From: Podarcis erhardii
Lineage: Eukaryota
Assembly: GCA_964252035.1 (NCBI GenBank)
Contig: OZ176201.1
Strand: one strand, 5' to 3'
Length of the DNA: 64,000 nt
Shown here: piece after piece, positions 1 through 10,200 of the stretch
How the letters are laid out: each line of letters opens with the position of its first letter
How positions within the stretch are numbered: position 1 is the stretch's first letter
Notes under the pieces: generated by a model
Told to the model about the DNA's origin: nothing
Databases searched by the model: none
Seen by the model: only the letters and a program-made list of their open reading frames with translations
Made by a program: the position numbers and the translations under genes

Positions 1-473
1 GATGGAAGTATTATATAATTGAGATTTTTCTCCCTTACTAGTTTGTTTCCCCCCCTGGCAAGTTTTTTTGTACCTTTCACAGCTACAGGTGGAAAATCAA
101 CAAATGCAAACCTGCACTGCTTCCGTTGTCAATGAACCTGGCATTCCAATCCCAAATTGGAGTCTGATATTCACTACAATGGAAGAGAATCATTCCGGGG
201 ACGGAGAAATGTACTTTTGTGCTTTGATTGAATGAGTCATGTACACTTTTAATGCTTATTAATGTGTTCATTCATGTATTGTATAAGAAAAGCTGGTTTG
301 TTTGTTTGTTTGTTTGTTTTTGATAACCAGGGCAGGGGATCAGACTTCAGAGATAGCATTGTAAGTTTAGGAGGGGTTAGAAAGGAGAGAGCCTGAATGA
401 GTGCAAATGTTTCTTATTTTCAACAGGCCATGTTGTGAAATACATCCTTTATTAGGGAAACTACAGGTAGATG

Positions 474-830
474 GGGACGCGGGTGGCACTGTGGGTTAAA
501 CCACAGAGCCTAGGGCTTGCCGATCAGAAGGTCGGTAGTTTGAATCCCCGCGACGGGGTGAGCTCCCGTTGCTCGGTCCCTGCTCCTGCCAACCTAGCAG
601 TTCCAAAGCACGTCAAAGTGCAAGTAGATAAATAGGTACTGCTCTGGCGGGAAGGTAAACGGTGTTTCCATGCACTGCTCTGGTTCGCCAGAAGCGGCTT
701 AGTCATGCTGGCCACATGACCCGGAAGCTGTGCGCCGGCTCCCTCGGCCAATAAAGCGAGATGAGTGCCGCAACCCCAGAGTCGGTCATGACTGGACCTA
801 ATGGTCAGGGGTCCCTCTACCTTTTACCTT
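474..830 (+). mobile_element. Sauria-type tRNA-derived SINE, full length
   Basis: GGGACGC head, A-box-like TGGCACTGTGG, degraded B-box GTTTGAATCC, (ACCTTT)n-type tail; 12-bp TSD TACAGGTAGATG at 462-473 and 831-842. Confidence 0.9.
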
Positions 831-1854
831 TACAGGTAGATGACTTGAGACCAGAGTGAGCGTTTGGAGATGATTCATCCCTATTGACACCCACCCCTTG
901 CCAGGGAGACCAGGCAACCTGACTGTGGATGGAGAACCACAGACTGCAGTTTGAGTGAACGGAAAAGAGACATCCAGAATTGAGCTTTGGGGTTTGCACA
1001 CCAACAGCATTTGGGAGGGAGGGTCTGGTTCTCTTTCTCCCTCCTGAGATCTGATATGGAAGCAGCAAATTTTAGAGTAGGTTTGCTGGAGATTATCTTA
1101 ATGGCTAGATAATGTATGATTTTTTGGGGGGTGGGGGTGGGAGCAGATTAGTTTACACAAAGGCTAAAGAACACTGTACATTTAAAGCATATTACTTCCC
1201 ACCAAAGAATCCTGGGAACGCTTAAGATTATACAACCTTCTAAAATTAGTGTATAATCTTATTCCATAATTATACAATAATAATTTAACAATGCATGGGC
1301 AAGTGATTTTGAGTGTTCCAATGTCTTCTTTCTGGGTGACTTAAGCTGTTTCTTCTTGATGTCCCATTGCAAGTTAACAGAGCTTGCACACCATTTTCCA
1401 GAAACTGAAGCATCTTATAATTCCAGGGTTCTTAAATGCTGAGCTTTGGAGCACACAGAACTGCCCCTCCTTGGTGTTCTTCCTGCACGCCTTCTTCAGA
1501 ATGACCTTAGCAGCCAATCCTCAGTGGCCAATTCACCTCCTTTCACTCTGATTAGCTTCTCAATTGCTAAAAAGCTAAAAAGCACCCCTTTCTTGCTCAT
1601 TGGGTGGCTTGCTGATGCCGGATGCAGGCTCCCTGCTGCAGAAATAATAGCAGATCTTGAACCCCAGCATCACAACTTGACCTCAGGTTGTAAGTCGCTT
1701 TTACTTTTTGCAAAAAGTACTAACGAATAAGTGCAATTAATAATAAGTCACATTTGACAGTGTCTTTGCACCCAAGGCAGATTTGGGCTGGGGGGACACA
1801 TTCACTTGGAGGTTTGGATGCGTGAGTTGGCACAGCCCAAAGCTACTGTGGGGT

Positions 1855-1855
<1 letters not shown>

Positions 1856-1897
<42 letters not shown>
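1856..1897. repeat. (CA)21 microsatellite next to the CpG island
   Basis: Read directly from the sequence. Confidence 0.97.
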
Positions 1898-1900
<3 letters not shown>

Positions 1901-1959
1901 CCTAATTTGCAATCGCGATCATCGTGTATTCATGAGCCGCCATGCATATGAATATGCAT

Positions 1960-2650
1960 AAGGCAAGCAGGGGATCTCCCTCCCTCCGCAGCTGACCAGG
2001 CCCCGACCACGCCTTCTGCGTCGCTCCTGCCCGAGACGCTGCGTAGTCCCTCCTCCGGCCGCTAGGTGTAGCCTTCCGCCTGGAGGAGAAGGGCAAGGCG
2101 AGCAGGCCGGCGGCTTCTTCTTCTGCTAGGCCCCGTGGAAGCGGGGCGGGGAGGCTTCGCCGTGGCGCCATTCGCTCCGAGCCAGCCGGGTCGAAGTGTG
2201 TCGCAGGGGGCGGGGGAGGAGGCAGGACGCAGCTGCCGCGGAGGCTGCTAAGTGAAGGTACAGTCACGGGCCGGCCGGGCTGTCCTCTGGGCGGGGGAGC
2301 GCAGCGCTTGCCGGGCTCGCTCGCTCCCTGGCTGGCTGGCTGCGTGCAAAGCCCGTGGCTGGCGGAGGAGAAGCCTCCGCCGCCGCCGCCGCGCGCAGGG
2401 GCGGGAGATGGGCGCGGCGCCGTTGGTTGGGGGGGGCGCTCCCTGTAGGGGTTGGGGAGCTCGGACGTGGGGGAGACCAGCCGGCCAGACCCGCCAGGTG
2501 GGGGGTAGGGAGAGAGATGTGGGGGTCAGAGTTGGCTAAGAGACTCTCCCGCCTCCTCTCTGCAAGGTTTTGCATCGAAGGAAGCGAGAAGCCGAGCTCG
2601 GTTGTTGCTAAGCGCCGCGCAAACCCTTCTTTGTTTACTTCAGGAATTTT
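1960..2650. promoter_or_regulatory. CpG-island promoter of ABHD14A
   Basis: Very high GC and CpG density, GC boxes (GGGGCGGGG near 2143), candidate first-exon donor at 2257/2258; boundaries approximate. Confidence 0.8.
2150..2257 (+). other. ABHD14A: Probable non-coding exon 1 of ABHD14A (start approximate)
   Basis: No ATG; ends at donor-like GAAG|GTACAG (2257/2258) inside the CpG island. Confidence 0.45.
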
Positions 2651-2922
2651 TATTCCTTTTCGTTTTAACTCAGCAGCGGCTTCACCTTAAACGGCAAAAA
2701 GCACACTCTTCCATGGCAAAGAACGCCCTCCCTTCTTCCCCAGTTCTGCTATACTGTATTTAGTTTCTTAGGCCCCCAAGACCATTGAAAATGTATACCT
2801 ATTTGTTATATCTGAGGGAGTTTTCCAAGAGGGATAGAGCAGGTGACATTTTGGGGCTCCCTGGTTTTGTTTCCTTCTTCCTTTTTAAATCTATGAGCAC
2901 CTGTGGCTGCAGCTACATGGGA

Positions 2923-3091
2923 CAGTGGCGTAGCGTGGGTTGTCAACACCCGGGGCAAGGCAAGTAATTTGCGCCCCCTAACCCATGGATTTGTGCCCCC
3001 TAACCCGTGGATTTGCGCCCCCTAACCCTAAACCCCAGATGTTGCGCCCGGTGCGGCCGGCCCCCCCTGCACCCCCCACGCTATGCCACTG
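2923..3091. mobile_element. hAT-like MITE
   Basis: TIRs CAGTGGCGTAGCGTGGG / CCCACGCTATGCCACTG; 8-bp TSD ACATGGGA/ACATGGCA (7/8); three internal 22-bp repeats. Confidence 0.8.
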
Positions 3092-3473
3092 ACATGGCAG
3101 ACTAGTTTGCTGAGTAGAACATGTGGGGGTTCTGGGATGTGGATGTTGGCATGTATATAATAATATGATTGCCATAACAACTGACAACTCAGTTTTGCAT
3201 CTCTCTGCATTCAGCAAAGTGTCCAGCAAGGGTTTCCTCATCAGCAGTGCCCGCTTTATGCTCCTTTTTGTGTCACTGAAGGAATTGAAGGAGGGGGAAA
3301 AGGGAAGGTGTGTATGCAAGTGGGAGGTTAAAAAAAAAAAAAGGCTTGTAAACAAGGGTGTGTCTTGCTATACTTAACCAGGCAGGAGCAGTGGGAAGCT
3401 GTGTGCTTGTCCCAGCAGGAATGGTCTCTGCTTTGTCTTGAGGTTGTTAATGTTTCCTCTTTGCTGAGGGGGA

Positions 3474-4301
3474 ATGGCTGGGGCTCAGAGGCACCCAAGA
3501 GATAGTAGCGCTATGCTCCTGAAAGACGGTGGAAGAATCCGTCGGGTGCACCTCTCTTCGTCTGTGGCAAATTCGATTCAAGAGCTGTTGGAGCAGATAA
3601 TATCTGAGCGGGATGCTTTAGGTCAAGCCCTGTCTTCTCTCTCGGCTGGACTGGCCAGACTGGAGAAGCACCTGGAAGAGACGGACCGTCGGGTAGAAGC
3701 TCTGGAAACAAAGGTGGTGTCCACGCAAAGCTGTGTTGTCAAACACTCCACTCTGATGAGGGAACTGGCAGTAGGGCGCCTGGTGGCTGACCGCAGGCTG
3801 GAGAGCCTAGAGAACAGAGTGCGAGCTCGGAACTTAAGGGTCACAGGTGTCCCAGCAGCTGTTGGAGATGTCAACCTCATTCCGTACCTAGAAAATCTGA
3901 TGCCAGCTGCCTTGGATTTAAATGGGAAGGAGGTTCCCATCTGCATTGAAAGTGCATACCGTCTCCCAGCAAAGCATGCCCACGAGGGTAGTGGCAGTAC
4001 AGTGCTAATAACTCTCTCAGATGTACGCCATCGGGAGAGGATACTGAACGCACCGTGGGCTTCCCAGACAACAAAGTTCAACGGACACAAGGTATCCTTC
4101 TTTCCTGACCTCAGCCCTGCCACGTACGCCAGGCGGAAGCATTTCGTTGCACTCAAGCAACAGTTCCTGAAGGCAGGAGCTCGGGCTTACGTCTTAAGCC
4201 CTGAAAAGTTAAAGGTGGTGCACCAGGGAAAAACCTACATCTTCAAGGACAGCAAATCTGCAGCCCAGCTGCTGGATAAAATCCAACAAGGTAGCTGGTG
4301 A
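3474..4301 (+). CDS. Stand-alone LINE-1 ORF1p-like protein (coiled coil + RRM + CTD; Transposase_22/L1TD1-like), 275 aa, intact
   Basis: Heptad-rich region followed by LENRVRARNLRVTGVP, IESAYRL, FFPDLSPATYARRKHF and SPEKLKVVHQGKTYIF, matching the vertebrate L1 ORF1p motif order; good Kozak context GGAATGG; no ORF2 downstream. Confidence 0.85.
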   Translation: MAGAQRHPRDSSAMLLKDGGRIRRVHLSSSVANSIQELLEQIISERDALGQALSSLSAGLARLEKHLEETDRRVEALETKVVSTQSCVVKHSTLMRELAVGRLVADRRLESLENRVRARNLRVTGVPAAVGDVNLIPYLENLMPAALDLNGKEVPICIESAYRLPAKHAHEGSGSTVLITLSDVRHRERILNAPWASQTTKFNGHKVSFFPDLSPATYARRKHFVALKQQFLKAGARAYVLSPEKLKVVHQGKTYIFKDSKSAAQLLDKIQQGSW

Positions 4302-4540
4302 AAGGTTATGGTGAATAAGGATAAATTGAAATCTGAGCCAGGAAGCTATGGCCCTTCTTTCTTATGATTGTGAATTTCACACTAGTGTGCAGCTTTGTTT
4401 TGGCTATCTCTGTCCCTTCTTTATTTTGAGTAAAAAGTAGTTAGTAACGGATACAAAGGAATGAAAACTAGCTAAGATTTACCATCACCGCAAGCCTTGT
4501 GAGGTATCCAATATCTTGGGATAGCTTCTGTGAAAGTTGT

Positions 4541-4925
4541 TTATTCCTGTGAAGAAAGGTTGCAGCGTTTGGGACTCTTTAGTTTAGAGAAAAGGCGAGT
4601 AGGAGGTGGCATTATAGAAGTATGCATAGCATGGAAAAACCGGATAGAGAAAAGTTTTCCTCCCTTTCTCATGACACTAGAACTTGTGGAGATCCAGTGA
4701 AGCTGGATGTTGAAAGATTCAGGACAGATAAAAGAAAGCACTTCTTCATGCAGTGCATAGTTAAACTACAGAAGTGGTGATGGGTACCAACTTAGATGGC
4801 TTTGAAAGAGGATTAGACAAATTCATGGAGAAGTCTAGCAGTGGCTACTTTCTATGGTGACTGTGCTGTGCCTCCACACTTTGAGGCCGTACTGCTTCTG
4901 AATACCAGTTGCTGAAAATCGTTTT
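4541..4925 (+). mobile_element. CR1 LINE 3' fragment
   Basis: Degenerate EERLQRLGLFSLEKRR ... FRTDKRKHFF typical of the CR1 ORF2 C-terminus, followed by 3'UTR-like sequence; ends approximate. Confidence 0.8.
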
Positions 4926-6957
4926 GAAACATCTTTGGAATCTGGGGTCCCTTCCCTCTTTTGCCTCCCCCTTATCAAGGTGTGTTCTGCCTCACAAAAT
5001 GTTACTGCAGTTTTCGTCATCCCTGACTGTTGGTCATTCTGGTTGGGGCTCATGGGAACAGGAATCCCACCCCTCCCTGCCCACTGTTGAGTGAGCTGCA
5101 CAGGACCTCTTGACCAGGGCTGGGGAACTGAGGGCCCACCAAATGTTAGATTCCTGCGCCTATGCTGTTTTACCAGAGCATATTGATATGACGGTTCACT
5201 CACTGACAGCTGCAATATTAGCTGTAACTACTAAACAGAACAAATATCAGTCTGCCTTCCCTGGAGAAAAGGCTCCTAAGAGTGTAGGATATCGTTTATG
5301 GTTGAATTAGCTGCTATTGTTAGAATTAAGGAAAGGGAGATTTAAGAGGCAATGCATTTACTTAAAAAATGAGCCTTTTCAATGTCTACTGGAATGCTAG
5401 GAGTTTAGGATGATGTACAGCCTTAGGCACTATAAGGCGAAGCATAAGGATAACTTTGTTTCCTATGGGAACATGTTTCCTATGGGAATAACAGCCTAGT
5501 GATAAACAAGCCAACGAAAGAGAGATACCAGCTATTCCATTTGGCTGAGAAGTTTGTATTATTTGTTACATTAGGTATATTGCATTATGCTTGTTGAACA
5601 TGTGTGTTGTGAGTCAGCAAAATAAATTTTGAAAAAACCTGGGGGGATTTGGAAAAGGTATTGGGAAGAGGCAACAGAGGGACACCTAGCAGGCTCCCTC
5701 TGGATGGGTATGAGAATGGTGGGTTGCAAATGGGGAGAGAGAAAAGAGGATTGAGTTGTCACCTTTTCACTAACAGATCTCCTGTGCATTAATAACTGTG
5801 TGAGTCGCTGCTGAATTTCTGCATTCATTAACATAGAAATCCAGTAAACTGGGGAGTGAAACGCATTTCTGAATTTCTGCCGGTTGTGTGGCTGATAAAA
5901 ACATGATAGGCCAGCCTTCTAGACGGACCTTGACCACTGTGCTGGGGAAGAGACATGGTGCAATATACATTCTTTTTATTAATGGCAGGTTGTCAGTGCC
6001 AGTTGCAGGTTTTGGAGAGCTCTCAGTCAAGTTATCATTAGTCCCCTGCCTCTTAGTCCAGGCCCAACCTTCTCATTGTTTCAAGCTGCTGCTGTACTTC
6101 TTTTCATTTTTACTATGTTCTCATCTGCCATGGCGTGAGCAAGCAGGCAGTGGTTTGCCCTGCCCTCTGTAGGTGAGGAGCACGAGTGCAGAACTCTTGG
6201 TTGGGGCCCATTAAAAGTGTGGCCCTTGTGGCCCATGCCAGCCCACCTTTTTTCTTTGCCTGGTTTAAAATCAGAGGGGCGGCTCTTCTGAGTGCCTGGG
6301 CAAACAGTGAGGGAGTGCCATTGTGCTCATGCCCAGGTTGTGGGCTTACCAGTGGCATCTAGATGGCCACTGCAGCAAATGGGACCCAGCAGAGCTGTTC
6401 CTGGAGGATGTACTGAAAATGTGTAGAAGCAGGCTTGAAGCATTAGTAGAACTTAATTGTTCCTAAGCTGCTTGGGCAATTGCAACTTTTGGCCTCAGCC
6501 TACCCAGCTCCAGCAGGTATCGTAAAGACTTGGAGAATATCACTGATGCAGAGACAAACTTGAAGTAGCTAATGTTGAGCAAGATGAGTTGGGGCATCTT
6601 GGATTCTCTGAACCTCTCAGCAAAAGGACTAGGTTTCTGTGGTACAAAATCAGAAGAGGTTTGGGGGATATATGGTTCCTACACTGAACCCGGGTCAAAG
6701 CACCACTACCCAGTGAGATCATTTTATTATTTATTTGGAGTATGCATGCTGTTACAGAGAAGGCCACATGCCCAAAGAGAGGCTACTCTGGACACAGCCT
6801 CCTTAATCTTTCCTGAGCCTTTCCTGCAATTTGTAATCCTTGTAATCCTGCAATTTGAGTTGCTGTATAGAATTCACCTGTTTCCTTGCCTGTGTTCAAA
6901 TTCTCTGATCCTAGTGGTTCTCTTCCTTCCTTTCTGTCTCAAACTCTTTCAGAAAAG

Positions 6958-7229
6958 ATGACTATGACTTTGATCCGCAACAGGCTGGGGCTGCTCGTCT
7001 TAGGAGTCCTTGTCACCTTCGTCCTCTACCTGTTGCTGCCGGCAATCCAGCATGAGAGATTCACATCCTCGGTAGACATCCCCAAGCCAAGGGCTATGGA
7101 GGAAGAAATGAATAAGGGTCAAGGCACAGGCAACATCACCATCTTGACAGGGACAGTTCTGCAAAATCCCTCTGTTTTCTTTAGAGAAGCTGTACAGGTA
7201 CAGAAAGATGGGCCACCCTTCACTGAAAG
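6958..7229 (+). CDS. ABHD14A: ABHD14A coding exon (exon 2; acceptor at 6952/6953)
   Basis: [28 protein letters not shown]...GNITIL...FFRE; donor AAG|GTAAGC. Confidence 0.9.
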
Positions 7230-10200
7230 GTAAGCCCCCCCCCGCAACTCTGACTGTAATGAGATAAAATGGCCCTTGTCACCTTAAATAATAAACAAGT
7301 TCCATGGCAGCCTGTCCATACTGACAGTTTGCAACTGCATCAGCTTAGGTTATGATTCTAGTAGTGTGTCCTCATGCAATAATCAGACTACTAGAGACAA
7401 AACAAATTTTGACAAATTGTTCTTCCTTTGATCCAGCAGAGCATTCTGTGCCTCTGCAGATACGCAAGTGCTTGTTGACTAAACCAAGATGGCTGTTATC
7501 TAAAGCATCTTTGAATTAAAACTATCTTGGTAGCTGCACTTCTGCTGCTAAAAATGATCCTTCAGCACTTGGGAGAATAAATACATTTTGGCTTTTCAGT
7601 TACTTTTCCACTCAGAGGTGCCAAAAGATGACTGTTACAATGGTGAAGTATCCAGATCTAGACTTTACCTCTGGATCAGCTGTTTCACAGATCTTTTTGT
7701 TTCTTTCCAGCAAAGTGGAGAAATGTTCAACATAGCAATAGCCTGCTGAGTCTTGCTGATGCTGAAGTTTTCCTCCTATGTTTGTTGTGCTAACCTATTG
7801 GACTTTTCAGGTGGTAGCTTTATTGTGCAAGTCCTACTACGTTATTGCAGAAGATCCAAACACCTTTTTCCTCAGCTAGCACATTTGTTGTAAAAAATCT
7901 CATTTTTTCAGCACTAAAGAGACAGACAGACAGACAGACAGACAGATACTGTATATACTCGAGCATATGCCAACTTTTTCAGCACATTTTTTATGCTGAA
8001 AAAGCCCCCCATGGCTTATACTCGAGTGAGGCAGGTAGCAGTGGCAAAGGGATGAGCGGCCCGAAAAGAGCCCTTTCTTGACGCTGGTCCCACTGCTGCT
8101 GCCCGCCTCTCGCAAGGGCAGGCACAGTGCCTCTCCCAGCTGTGGTTGGGAGAGGCACTGTGCTGTGCTGCGCCTCTCCCCACTGCAGCTCCTAGGCCTG
8201 CTCTTGCGAGCGGCAGAGGCAGCAGCAGAGGGACAAGCAGCCCGAAAGGAGCCCTTTCTTGCCGCTGGCGCCGCCGCCACCGCCCTTGTCAGACCCAAAG
8301 CAACTAGATAATTTTATGTAAAGCTGCCGGTTTCCAAAGTTTTGTAAACTATTACCTCAGATGAGGAAATTCTTTCTCTTTCCAATATTTCACTAACAAA
8401 TCCTTGCTGTTAGTCATATAATGTAATAATTTCTCACTTTCTTTGACATGAGTTCTTATTGGTGAGCGCTGGTGGCATCAGTGGTGACGATCTGCAATCC
8501 TCATTCTCAATACCCACACCTATAAAATATTTTACTTTCATTTTTCTGTGTTGGAGAACCTGAGTACTGTTTACTATGCCACTGTATCTTAAATATGTGT
8601 ATATCCTTTGCTGCAGTCCTGTGTTACTGTGTGAACTCTCTTCCTCATTTACATTTAATTCTAGGCTGTGTGCAGCTCACAAGCGCTGGAGTGTGTATAT
8701 ACCCTCCCCTTCAGAAAATCTACTGCTTTCCCACCCCCATCCAAGCTGTCATTACTTCTGTATTTGCTGTTTGTTTCTTCATTTGCAAATAGACTATACA
8801 CTGTGTTTTCTTTTCCAGGTTGGCAGTGATCTTCCTGCATGGTCAGTCCTTCAATTCCAAAAAATGGGAAGAATTGGGGACACTAGCTTTACTTTCTGAG
8901 AATGGATATCGTGCAATAGCCATTGATTTGCCTGGTGAGAATAAGCTGCAGACTTACCCATGTTGGAGCTTTATGTGCTCTTACAGTTCATCAGGGAGAA
9001 ATAACATAAAAATGTGTGTATCTAACTTCATCGCTGGCACTTTAGTTGACAGTGAGCAAAGGTATAAGAAAAAGCACCACTTACTGTGTTCACTGAACTA
9101 CTCCCACATAACTGGGGCAGGGGTAAAGGTTTGGCATGTATGGGTGTTAGAGGTAGTACAGTGGTACCTCGGGTTACAAACGCTTCGGATTACAAACTCC
9201 GCTAACTCGGAAGTAGTACCTCGGGTTGCAAACTTTGCCCCAGATGAGAACAGAAATTGCGCACCGCCAACAGGAGGCCTCATTAGCAAAATCACACCTC
9301 ATGTTAAGAACGGTTTCGTGTTAAGAACGGACCTCCAGATTGAATTAAGTTTGTAACCCGAGGTACCACTGTACCTCATGGCAGGGACGTGTCATGCTTC
9401 TCCTGGGGTAGTTTGTCTATCTTTGGTCCCCACCCCCTACTCAGCTCTCAGCTGAGGCTCCTAGAAGCTGTCAGCATGCAACAGCAGCCACAGCCCAGGA
9501 GCAGCTTTGACTGGCCTTCTAACCATGTGAGGGTAGCTGATGGGTCTCAAACCCTCAGTGAGTTTGGGGCTTTCCCTCCATACAAAGACAAGCTTTGGCG
9601 AATTGAGCAGATGAAACCAATAGTGGGTCCAACAGTCAAGAAGGCAGTTTCTGCTCAGGATGTAGAGGAAGTGAAGGGCAGACTGGGCTAGTCAGTCTGG
9701 GAAGGTAGCCCTTCTTGGACAAGGAAAACTCTGGTCCTAAACCTTTTCTGTTTTGTGGGATATCTTCTGGAGAAGAAAAGGCTAAGGAGTAAATCCCTAA
9801 TGGCGTCTTGTGTGCCTCATTCCGGCAACTCCTGCAGCCAGGCTGGTGCCAAATGTAGTGCTGTGCTGTCCTTTGGACCACATCAGTGAGGCCAAGAGGA
9901 GGGTCTTGTTGTCTGGGCAGCCCAAGACCTCCACACACACTTCCCAGGCTTGCACCCTGGGGAGGTTACTTTGGTGCTGCTAATGCAGCGGTTTGACTTC
10001 ACCCTAGAGGGCAGATGGATGCCCTCTAAGCAGATGGATGCCAACAGCAACTGGTAAAGCAGTGGTGGCCAAACGTGGCCCTCTAGCTGTTTTTGGACTA
10101 CTACTCCCATCATCCCTAGCTAACAAGACCAGTGGCCAGGGATGATGGAAATTGTAGTCCCAAAACAGCTGGCGGGCCAAGTTTGGCCACCACTGTGGTA

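Noticed and set aside
200-235. YFCAL motif resembling an Ig/TCR V-segment end
   Set aside because: No upstream Cys/Trp V-domain framework and no RSS heptamer follows
1-1900. Expected ABHD14B coding exons on the minus strand
   Set aside because: No segment resembling ABHD14B motifs (LLHG, AIDLPG) was found in the frames I read
1902-2690. Several 95-121 aa ORFs on both strands
   Set aside because: Low-complexity Arg/Pro/Gly/Ala products expected from stop-poor CpG-island DNA
3511-4156. Minus-strand ORFs up to 177 aa
   Set aside because: Antisense shadows of the ORF1p-like coding sequence
8820-9356. 178-aa ORF
   Set aside because: ABHD14A exon 3 reading through into intron and a MITE; not a separate gene
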